Assembly: GCA_902788755.1 (NCBI GenBank)
Contig: CADALB010000011.1
Span: 3,059-67,058, forward strand
Source of the DNA: an uncultured Lachnospiraceae bacterium
GTDB lineage: Bacteria > Bacillota > Clostridia > Lachnospirales > Lachnospiraceae
Direction: 5' to 3'
Length of the DNA stretch: 64,000 bases
The position numbers were made by a program, and so were the translations under genes. The notes beneath the pieces are model-generated. The model worked only from the letters and a program-made list of their open reading frames with translations, ran no database searches and was not told the origin of the DNA. Shown piece after piece: positions 56,506 through 64,000 of this stretch (the stretch's first letter is position 1; each line of letters begins with the position of its first letter).

Positions 56506-57615
56506 ATGAGGAGATTATCTGTGAAGAGAGTACGGATATCCGACCTTCAGCCGGGAATGAAAACGGCGGAGGATGTTTTTTCATATAACAATCAGATGAT
56601 CGTTCCGAAGGGATCGGTCCTTGACGATAAAATGATCACCCGTCTGGAGTTTTATTCCGTATTGGCTGTACGAATTGCAGATGATCAGGATCCGGAGAGC
56701 GAAGTGCCCACACCTGCCGAAACCGGTTTGGGCGAAGATACCGCATATTCCGTAAAAGTAAAAAACAGTAAACAGTTCAAGAAGTTTGAACAATCATTTC
56801 TGGAGAATACGGAAAATTTCAAGGTCAAACTCAAGGATATTGCCGAATCAGGTGGAGAAATCGACAGCCACGAGATGATCGAGAGCATTACCGGACTGAT
56901 AGCTGAGGACATGACCGGTCTGTCAGTATTTGACATGCTTCATAATATGCGCCAGTATGATGATCTTACATATGTTCATTCGATGAATGTAGCGCTTATA
57001 TGCAATGTCTTTGGCAAATGGCTCGGTATGTCCGAAAAAGATATTGATATAATAACCCTCGGCGGACTTCTTCATGATATCGGAAAACTGAAGATACCGG
57101 ATAATATCATAAGGAAACCTGACAAGCTTTCCCCTGCCGAGTACAATATTATCAAGACTCACCCTCTGCAGGGCTATAATATACTCAAAGATAAGAATAT
57201 TGACGATGATGTTAAACAGTGTGCCCTTATGCATCATGAAAGGTGTGACGGATCTGGATATCCGCTCGGACTGTCGGCGGACAAGATCAATCAGTACGCC
57301 AAGATTGTTTCCATTGCGGATGTTTACGATGCAATGACGGCAGCCAGAGTATACAGAGGTCCTCTTTGCCCCTTCAAGGTTATCGGGATATTCGAATCGG
57401 AAGGTCTGCAAAAATACGACGGGCATTACATACTGACTTTCCTTGAACATATAGCAACAACGTATATGAATAACAGGGTACGCCTTAACAACGGAATGGA
57501 GGGGGACGTAATATTCATGAACAGAAACCAGTACTCCAGACCGATGTTGCAGTGCGGGGATAAGTTTATCGATCTTTCAAGGGAGCCCGAATTATACATA
57601 GAGACTTTTGTGTAA
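56506..57615 (+). CDS. HD-GYP domain protein (c-di-GMP phosphodiesterase type)
   Basis: LHDIGK and HHERCDGSGYP motifs; the N-terminal ~130 aa are of unknown function. Confidence 0.85.
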   Translation: MRRLSVKRVRISDLQPGMKTAEDVFSYNNQMIVPKGSVLDDKMITRLEFYSVLAVRIADDQDPESEVPTPAETGLGEDTAYSVKVKNSKQFKKFEQSFLENTENFKVKLKDIAESGGEIDSHEMIESITGLIAEDMTGLSVFDMLHNMRQYDDLTYVHSMNVALICNVFGKWLGMSEKDIDIITLGGLLHDIGKLKIPDNIIRKPDKLSPAEYNIIKTHPLQGYNILKDKNIDDDVKQCALMHHERCDGSGYPLGLSADKINQYAKIVSIADVYDAMTAARVYRGPLCPFKVIGIFESEGLQKYDGHYILTFLEHIATTYMNNRVRLNNGMEGDVIFMNRNQYSRPMLQCGDKFIDLSREPELYIETFV

Positions 57616-59846
57616 TGAATCCGGAATTTTATGAAGATGAAGTAATAGAGGGATTTTATGTTCCGTCCATGCTAAAGCTGGCATGGGGAGCGCAGATGGA
57701 TGTCCTAAATGAAACAGACATTATCTGCCGGAGGCATAATATCCCTTATTTTGCGGATTGGGGGACACTTCTTGCCGCAATCCGCCACAGCGGTTACATC
57801 CCGTGGGATGATGACCTTGACATTTCAATGCGGCGCAGGGATTATGAAAGATTCTTGCAGTATGCCGAAGACGAACTCCCAGAAGGATTTAAGGTTATGA
57901 CCTTTAAAAATCATCCGGGACATCATTTCTTTGTAGCCAGAATCGTTGGCAAGCCCAGAATATGCTTTGAAGAGGAACACTTAAGAAGATTTCATTCTTT
58001 TCCGTATATAGCGGGACTGGATCTGTTTGTGCTTGATAATGTCTGCCGTGACCGGGAACGGGAGAGACTCAAAGCAAAGAAAGCAGAGTTTGTCATTACC
58101 GTTGCCGATAACATAGCGGATGGGGACAAGAAGGGCCGTGAAGCGGAGGAACTGCTGAAGCAGTGTGAAAAATATTCCGGAAGAAGGATAGACAGAAGAC
58201 TTCACGGAGAGGATCTGAGAGTCAGGATGTACGGGATCGCCGAAGAACTCTTTGCATCAATTCCGGACGAAGACAGTGATGCGCTTGTTCAGATGATGCC
58301 GTACGGAATGTATGGAAATGAAAGATATATACCGAAGGAATATTACAGACATACGGTCAGAATCCCGTACATGGATACGACCATGTCGGTTCCGCTGTGC
58401 TATGACACGGTAATGCGCATGAAGTTCGGCAATTATATGGAAATACATAAAGCGGCTTCAGGTCATGATTATCCGTTTTTCTACGGTCAGCACGAGCAGC
58501 TTCTTGCATCCCTTGATTTTGAGCCTCCGACTTATAAGGCTACATCAAAGGATATACTGGAGCGGCCTTCGACGGATCCGGGAATAAAGGAAAAATCGGC
58601 CGTATATTTGAAAACCGTTACAGAGGCTTCCGGACATATGACAGCAGGCGATACGCAAAAAGCTGTAGAACTGCAGCAGGCGGCGATTGAGTTCGGAACC
58701 TATATAGAATCGGTATATGGGGAAGGATATACTACGGTAACCATACTTGAGGAATTGTGTGAACTGGCATTTCGCACAGGTGAGGGCGAAGATCTTTCGG
58801 ATAGTGTCAAAGACTGCATTTTGCGGCTTTCGGACAGTGTTGAAGCCCACATCATGAACAGACGGGATGTGGTCTTTATGCCCTTTGCCGCGAAGCATTG
58901 GAAATACATGGAGAAACTGTACCATCGTTACAAGAATGACGATGATTACAGTGTTCATGTTGTTCCTATCCCATATTATTACAGAGGGTGGGATGGTGCT
59001 CCGACAGACGAGGTATTTGATACCGAAGCGTATCCTTCGGAAATTGAGATTGAGGATTACAGAAGTTTTAACCTTGCCGAAATGCATCCCGAGAAGATCG
59101 TTGTACAGAATCCTTTCGACGAATGGAATAAAGTAATGACCATCCCCTCGAAGTATTATTCGTCAAATATCAGGCAGTACACGGATGAACTTGTTTATAT
59201 TCCGTTTTTTGTGACAGTCGATTTTACAAAAGAGGATGGCCGTGAGTATGTCAACATGGATCATTATGTATGCATGCCCGGTGTAATAAATGCCGACAGG
59301 ATTGTACTTCCGTCCGAAGTGCTTAAGAAAACATATATAGAGAAAATCATGGAATTTGCTCATACTGACGACGTAGCCGTAAAGGAAGTACTTAACAATA
59401 GGATCGTTGTATGTCCGGAAATTATATACTGTGAGGATTATGCGGATATAACCGGTGGGGTTATTGAGAGGGTAAACGGAAAGAAAACCATACTTTTCTA
59501 TACGACCATAAGCTTTCTTGCAGAGAACGGGAATAAAGCCATAGAGAAGATAAACAGAACTCTTGATCTGTTTTCGGAGAATGCCGGAAAAATCAGAGTT
59601 TTGTGGGTAACACAGGGCATCAGGGAATACATAGGATTACTTGAAAAAAAAGTTGCGGATGATTTTCTGAGGGCAAAGGAGAAATTTGAAAGTCTTCAAA
59701 TTGGCGAATACAGAGAAGATGTAAAAAGGTGCGATAACAAAAAATATGCCGCAGCCTGCGATGCATATTACGGAGACCCGTCATCGCTTGCCCTGCAGTT
59801 TTTCTATAACCATAAGCCTGTTATGATTGAAAACGCAAATGTCTGA
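57615..59846 (+). CDS. LicD-family phosphotransferase fused to a large C-terminal domain of unknown function
   Basis: TAATG overlap with the HD-GYP gene. LicD block FADWGTLLAAIRHSGYIPWDDDLDISM. The C-terminal ~400 aa have no motif I can name (possibly TagF-like). Confidence 0.75.
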   Translation: MNPEFYEDEVIEGFYVPSMLKLAWGAQMDVLNETDIICRRHNIPYFADWGTLLAAIRHSGYIPWDDDLDISMRRRDYERFLQYAEDELPEGFKVMTFKNHPGHHFFVARIVGKPRICFEEEHLRRFHSFPYIAGLDLFVLDNVCRDRERERLKAKKAEFVITVADNIADGDKKGREAEELLKQCEKYSGRRIDRRLHGEDLRVRMYGIAEELFASIPDEDSDALVQMMPYGMYGNERYIPKEYYRHTVRIPYMDTTMSVPLCYDTVMRMKFGNYMEIHKAASGHDYPFFYGQHEQLLASLDFEPPTYKATSKDILERPSTDPGIKEKSAVYLKTVTEASGHMTAGDTQKAVELQQAAIEFGTYIESVYGEGYTTVTILEELCELAFRTGEGEDLSDSVKDCILRLSDSVEAHIMNRRDVVFMPFAAKHWKYMEKLYHRYKNDDDYSVHVVPIPYYYRGWDGAPTDEVFDTEAYPSEIEIEDYRSFNLAEMHPEKIVVQNPFDEWNKVMTIPSKYYSSNIRQYTDELVYIPFFVTVDFTKEDGREYVNMDHYVCMPGVINADRIVLPSEVLKKTYIEKIMEFAHTDDVAVKEVLNNRIVVCPEIIYCEDYADITGGVIERVNGKKTILFYTTISFLAENGNKAIEKINRTLDLFSENAGKIRVLWVTQGIREYIGLLEKKVADDFLRAKEKFESLQIGEYREDVKRCDNKKYAAACDAYYGDPSSLALQFFYNHKPVMIENANV

Positions 59847-59965
59847 ACCTTTAAATTTTTTGTAGAAGAATTGTGAGGTTTATGATAAAATAAACGAGGC
59901 TACTGTGTCGCGAGAGAATCTATGGCGGCATATAATGAGGGAAAACAAGATAGGAGGACATCAAC

Positions 59966-60325
59966 ATGTCAATGATTGAGTCGGTTAAGACTGTTTTAAG
60001 CAAGTACGTTGATTTCAGCGGAAGAGCTAGAAGAAGTGAGTTTTGGTGGTATTTCCTGTGCTACGCTATTGTATCGGGTGTATTGTCAAGTGTATATCAG
60101 GCAACGCAGTCAGGTATTGTTGCCGGTTTATCCGGGATTGTTTCTTTGGGACTGCTTCTCCCGACCCTTGCAGTACACGTGAGACGACTTCATGATGTAG
60201 GAAGAAGCGGATGGTGGCTTCTTCTGGATCTTACCTGTATAGGAGGAATCGTTATTCTTATATGGGAGATCATGGATTCTCAGCCCGGCGATAACCAGTA
60301 TGGACCTAATCCGAAGGGTATGTAA
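59966..60325 (+). CDS. DUF805 family inner-membrane protein
   Basis: AGGAGG RBS, FSGRARRSEFWWYFL signature, 3-4 TM helices, C-terminal GDNQYGPNP. Confidence 0.8.
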   Translation: MSMIESVKTVLSKYVDFSGRARRSEFWWYFLCYAIVSGVLSSVYQATQSGIVAGLSGIVSLGLLLPTLAVHVRRLHDVGRSGWWLLLDLTCIGGIVILIWEIMDSQPGDNQYGPNPKGM

Positions 60326-60343
60326 ATCTTAATAGAGATGTTG

Positions 60344-60376
60344 AAGCTTCCGGTCATGGGACCGGGAGCTTTTTTG
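60344..60376 (+). terminator. intrinsic terminator
   Basis: 12-bp stem AAGCTTCCGGTC / GACCGGGAGCTT (one T-G) with loop ATGG, running into TTTTTT. Confidence 0.8.
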
Positions 60377-60470
60377 TGCTTTTGATGCCCTATTTTGTGG
60401 TAAATAAGCAGCTGTTATGATAAAATAATGGCAGTATGTTTATTTGCAAAACCGCTTAAGAGAGGTGTAT

Positions 60471-62747
60471 ATGGATTCGAAAATAAAATCATTGGTCAAA
60501 AAGCTTACTCTGGAGGAAAAGGTCAGCCTCTGCTCGGGATCGGATTACTGGCATACACAGGAGATAGAGCGTTTGGGAATACCTGCTGTTATGGTCTGCG
60601 ATGGACCTAACGGACTTCGCAAACAGAATCTTGAGGCAGACAATCTCGGAATCAACAACAGTATTAAGTCGGTGTGCTTTCCGGCAGGAGTCAATCTTGC
60701 GGCAACCTTTGATACAGATATTGTCCGGAATGTAGGTGAAACACTGGGGGAAGAGTGTCAGGCCGAAAATATAGCCGCTTTGCTTGGACCCGGTATCAAC
60801 ATCAAGAGATCACCACTGTGCGGAAGAAACTTCGAGTACTATTCGGAAGACCCCTACCTTGCCGGTAAAATAGCTGCATCATACATAAACGGCGTTCAGT
60901 CCAAGGGTGTCGGGACATCGCTTAAGCATTTCTGTGCGAACAATCAGGAATTCAGGCGTAACAGTTATGACTCGCGAATAGATGAGAGAACACTTCGCGA
61001 GATCTACCTTAAGGGTTTTGAAATAGCGGTCAAAGAGTCGCAGCCTTGGACGGTAATGTGTGCCTACAATATGGTAAACGGCGTACAGATGTCCGAAAAC
61101 CGCAGGATTCTCACTGAGATTCTAAGAGACGAATGGGGTTTTGAGGGAATGACTGTAAGTGACTGGGGTGCGGTAAGAGACCGTGTCAAAGGCATTGCAG
61201 CAGGTCTTGATCTGGAAATGCCTGGTTCGCAAGGAACATATGATGAACTTGTGATTTCGGCTGTGCGCTCCGGGGAACTGGATGAAGCAGATCTTGACCG
61301 GTGTGTGGAAAGAGTCTTAAACTTCGTGTTCAAAGCCGTTGATAATCATAATGATCAGTCGGTCTGGAATAAGGACAATGACCATGTATACGCAAGAGAT
61401 GTTGCCAATGAATGTATAGTCCTCCTCAAGAATGAGAACAAGGTACTTCCGCTTAAGAATGACGAATACGTTCTGTTTGTCGGAGGCTTTGCCAAAAAAC
61501 CCCGTTTCCAGGGCGGAGGAAGTTCGCATGTCAATTGCGGCAATGTTGATTCGACAATGCTGGCAATGCAGTGGAATTCAAAAGTAAGGTACGAGGAAGG
61601 ATTTTCGGCTGAGGATGACAGTGTTGATCGGGGAAAGTTTGACAGCGCAGTCAAGGCTGCACATTCTGCAGAAAAAGTTGTGGTGTTTGCCGGACTTCCC
61701 GAGATATATGAAAGCGAGGGCTATGACAGATCCCATATGGATCTTCCCAAGGTTCAAAATGATCTGATAGATGCCATCACAGCTGTCAACCCGCATGTCA
61801 TAGTTGTGCTTGAGAACGGCTCTCCGGTTACAATGCCGTGGATAGACAAGGTCGAGGCTGTACTTGAGACATATCTGTGCGGAGAAGCTGTGGGAGTCGC
61901 TACTGCCAGAACTTTGTATGGCAAGAGCAATCCTTCGGGACGTCTTCCCGAGACATTTCCGATTAGGCTTGAGGATAACCCGTCATATGTTGATTATTCG
62001 AGCGACGTTACAAAGATTGATTACCGGGAAGGTATTTTTACCGGATACAGATATTACACCAAGAAGAAAATGCCTGTACTCTTCCCTTTCGGACACGGAT
62101 TGTCCTACAGTACTTTTACATATGGCCTGATGCGGTGTGATACCGAAAAAATGAAGGATAACGAGACTGTAGAAGTAACCGTGGATGTTATCAATGAGAG
62201 CAATATACCCGGCAAGGAGGTGGTTCAGCTGTATGTTGAACCTGATATTCCGAACACGAAGATCGTCAGGGCAACCCGTGAGCTCAAAGGATTTACCAAG
62301 GTGTTCCTGGATGCGCATGAGAAGAAAACGGTAAGCTTTGTCCTGGATAAGAGTGCATTTGCATATTATGACACTGATATATCCGACTGGTATGTAGAGC
62401 CGGGTGACTATAAAATCGAAATATGCAAAAATGCGGATGAAGTTATTGCATATAAGACGGTAAATGTATCGCCCAGGAAGCCCAAGAAGATTGTATATGA
62501 TGAGAACTCTGTCTATAAGGATCTGAAGGAGGATCATGGGGCGTGGAAGATTGCCGGTCCCTATTTCGAAAAGTATATAAACGGAGCGCTCAAAGCACAG
62601 AACGAGGATGAAGCGGCTAAGGATGCCTTTAAGGCGGATTTGGATGTGTTCCTTAACGATATGACCTTGCGCAATGTTTTAAATATGAGCAACGGAGCGT
62701 TCACCTATAAAGAGATGCGTGATGTCATCGATAAACTTAACAGTTAA
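60471..62747 (+). CDS. glycoside hydrolase family 3 beta-glucosidase
   Basis: ATG 60471 (MDSKIKSLVKKLTLEEKVSL) is preferred over the track start 60444. KHFCANNQE, nucleophile region GMTVSDWGA, C-terminal FnIII-like domain. Confidence 0.9.
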   Translation: MDSKIKSLVKKLTLEEKVSLCSGSDYWHTQEIERLGIPAVMVCDGPNGLRKQNLEADNLGINNSIKSVCFPAGVNLAATFDTDIVRNVGETLGEECQAENIAALLGPGINIKRSPLCGRNFEYYSEDPYLAGKIAASYINGVQSKGVGTSLKHFCANNQEFRRNSYDSRIDERTLREIYLKGFEIAVKESQPWTVMCAYNMVNGVQMSENRRILTEILRDEWGFEGMTVSDWGAVRDRVKGIAAGLDLEMPGSQGTYDELVISAVRSGELDEADLDRCVERVLNFVFKAVDNHNDQSVWNKDNDHVYARDVANECIVLLKNENKVLPLKNDEYVLFVGGFAKKPRFQGGGSSHVNCGNVDSTMLAMQWNSKVRYEEGFSAEDDSVDRGKFDSAVKAAHSAEKVVVFAGLPEIYESEGYDRSHMDLPKVQNDLIDAITAVNPHVIVVLENGSPVTMPWIDKVEAVLETYLCGEAVGVATARTLYGKSNPSGRLPETFPIRLEDNPSYVDYSSDVTKIDYREGIFTGYRYYTKKKMPVLFPFGHGLSYSTFTYGLMRCDTEKMKDNETVEVTVDVINESNIPGKEVVQLYVEPDIPNTKIVRATRELKGFTKVFLDAHEKKTVSFVLDKSAFAYYDTDISDWYVEPGDYKIEICKNADEVIAYKTVNVSPRKPKKIVYDENSVYKDLKEDHGAWKIAGPYFEKYINGALKAQNEDEAAKDAFKADLDVFLNDMTLRNVLNMSNGAFTYKEMRDVIDKLNS

Positions 62748-62762
62748 CAAAGGAGAGAGCTA

Positions 62763-64000
62763 ATGTTTTGTCAAAAATGCGGAAGCCAAATACCCGATGG
62801 AGCTAAATTCTGTACTTCATGCGGAGCAAAGCTTGCCGAAGAGAACAATCAGACTTCGGCAAAATCATCTTCGAGCGGTGCAAAGACTGCAATAATTATA
62901 GTTGCAGCTGTCCTTGCGGTACTTATTCTATGTGTTGGCGGTCTTGTATTTGCATTCAAAGGGATTAAGAAGGCTGTTTCGGATCAGTTTTCCGGTACGG
63001 AGGTTACCGAAGAGGAAAATGCCATAAACGATGAAGAAAGCATTGCGGATGAGGGAGCTCAGGAAGCGGGAGAGAGCGCCGATGAGGCATTATCGGGGCA
63101 GATAAAATCACTTGACCGCAAAATGCTTCTGGATGATTTTCCGGATGAAACCGATCTTATGAATATCAAACCTTCGGTTCCCGAGATTAGGATCGATGAT
63201 GACCTCGGTAATATTATCAATAAAGAAGAGTATGATTACAGGGATAAGGATTTTCTGGATAAACTCAAGAAAAACGGATTCGTTGTATATGACGGTGCCG
63301 GAAAGGAATTTTTTGAATCATATGAGATGAACCGGTATATGCAGATACCTAACTTTGTAACGGTTGATTCTCTGATGCACACATATCATATATATTTTGC
63401 TTATCTTATGAGGAACATTGAGAAAAATCATCTTGCAGGTGATCTTGCCGCCCTTACGGACAGTATGCTGAATAAGAGCTATGAACAGTATACGGAACTT
63501 AAAGGCACCGAGTGGGAAGAAGCCGCGAAGATAAATGTTACCCTCTTTTCTGTAGCAGCGGTGCTGCTTGATGATTCCGCACTTGTACCTCCTGAGGTGG
63601 TTGATACGGTTAAGAGTGAATATGATTTTGTTATGGAAGCCGGAGGTGTGGAAACCTCTCCTCTTACCGGAAACTATGAGGATTACTCGCAGTACAAGCC
63701 CAGAGGATATTATGAGGGCGATGCGGATCTTGAGAAGTATTTCCGCGCGATGATGTGGTACGGAAGAAGGCAGCTTGATCAGGATGTGCCGGATATGGAC
63801 AGGGCAGCGCTTCTTATGACACTTGCCCTTGATGACGGAAACTATGACAAGTGGAGTTCTATATACACGGTTACTTCTTTCTTTGCCGGAGCAAGTGATG
63901 ATCTGGGCTATTGTGAATATATGCCGGTGATTCAGGCAGTCTACGGAGACGGTGCAACACTTTCGGATATCAAAGATGATGAACAGGCATGGGAAAAGTT
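62763..64000 (+). CDS. zinc-ribbon / single-TM / DUF3160-like protein (3' end outside window)
   Basis: Not in the ORF track because no stop is reached. I translated the frame by hand and it stays open to nt 64000. MFCQKCGSQIPDGAKFCTSCGAKL zinc ribbon, a TM helix, then YSQYKPRGYYEGDADLEKYFRAMMWYG, which is typical of DUF3160 from memory. Confidence 0.7.
   Translation, partial: MFCQKCGSQIPDGAKFCTSCGAKLAEENNQTSAKSSSSGAKTAIIIVAAVLAVLILCVGGLVFAFKGIKKAVSDQFSGTEVTEEENAINDEESIADEGAQEAGESADEALSGQIKSLDRKMLLDDFPDETDLMNIKPSVPEIRIDDDLGNIINKEEYDYRDKDFLDKLKKNGFVVYDGAGKEFFESYEMNRYMQIPNFVTVDSLMHTYHIYFAYLMRNIEKNHLAGDLAALTDSMLNKSYEQYTELKGTEWEEAAKINVTLFSVAAVLLDDSALVPPEVVDTVKSEYDFVMEAGGVETSPLTGNYEDYSQYKPRGYYEGDADLEKYFRAMMWYGRRQLDQDVPDMDRAALLMTLALDDGNYDKWSSIYTVTSFFAGASDDLGYCEYMPVIQAVYGDGATLSDIKDDEQAWEK

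Noticed and set aside
59847-59965. Riboswitch or structured leader upstream of the DUF805 gene
   Set aside because: I could not fold a convincing conserved structure by eye and cannot recall a consensus to compare with. There is no evidence beyond gene context.
1-64000. Defence island, prophage, conjugative element or toxin system as the hidden system
   Set aside because: No integrase, transposase, recombinase, capsid/terminase, restriction-modification, Cas, nuclease-NTPase or toxin-antitoxin signatures were recognisable in any of the six frames. Gene content is dominated by housekeeping and carbohydrate-related functions.

Overview
This 64-kb window looks like ordinary chromosome from a low-GC Gram-positive anaerobe. 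Protein families and gene order suggest Clostridia, probably Lachnospiraceae, but that placement is inference only. I support about 56 protein-coding genes, one of them a gene remnant. I found no rRNA, tRNA, CRISPR array, transposase, integrase, prophage block or recognisable defence system.

Content from left to right:
- A small accessory islet: radical-SAM SPL-like protein, two GNATs, TfoX, a KilA-N remnant and a membrane XRE regulator.
- LysR, DUF1848 and an EAL protein.
- An exported BNR-like lipoprotein convergent with a PT-rich SGNH esterase.
- An atypical P1B ATPase divergent from ptsI.
- DUF1846, a nucleotidyltransferase, and an MBOAT gene with its partner.
- ftsH, then a sugar-sensing module (sensor binding protein, YesM-like kinase, YesN-like regulator, second binding protein) and a CUT2 sugar ABC transporter with two permeases.
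- uvrC and a tightly coupled hprK-glcK-murB-rapZ-whiA-crh-like operon.
- A GDP-heptose-type nucleotide-sugar module plus a transaldolase.
- A strongly signalled histone-H1-like KKAAPA-repeat protein.
- Aconitase, a HAD hydrolase and a RelQ-like alarmone synthetase.
- A tail-anchored coiled-coil protein with a LysM-M23 peptidase, then murA.
- An HD-GYP protein coupled to a LicD fusion, DUF805, a GH3 beta-glucosidase and a zinc-ribbon/DUF3160 protein.

I do not see a clear novel multi-gene system. The most unusual signal is a GC-rich, two-hairpin repeat of about 90 nt. It occurs three times, once inverted. Each copy starts on the TAG stop codon of the upstream gene. The copies differ by compensatory base-pair changes. 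Two same-orientation copies bracket the four heptose-pathway genes. All functional calls rest on motifs read from the translations and remembered family signatures; no database search was run.
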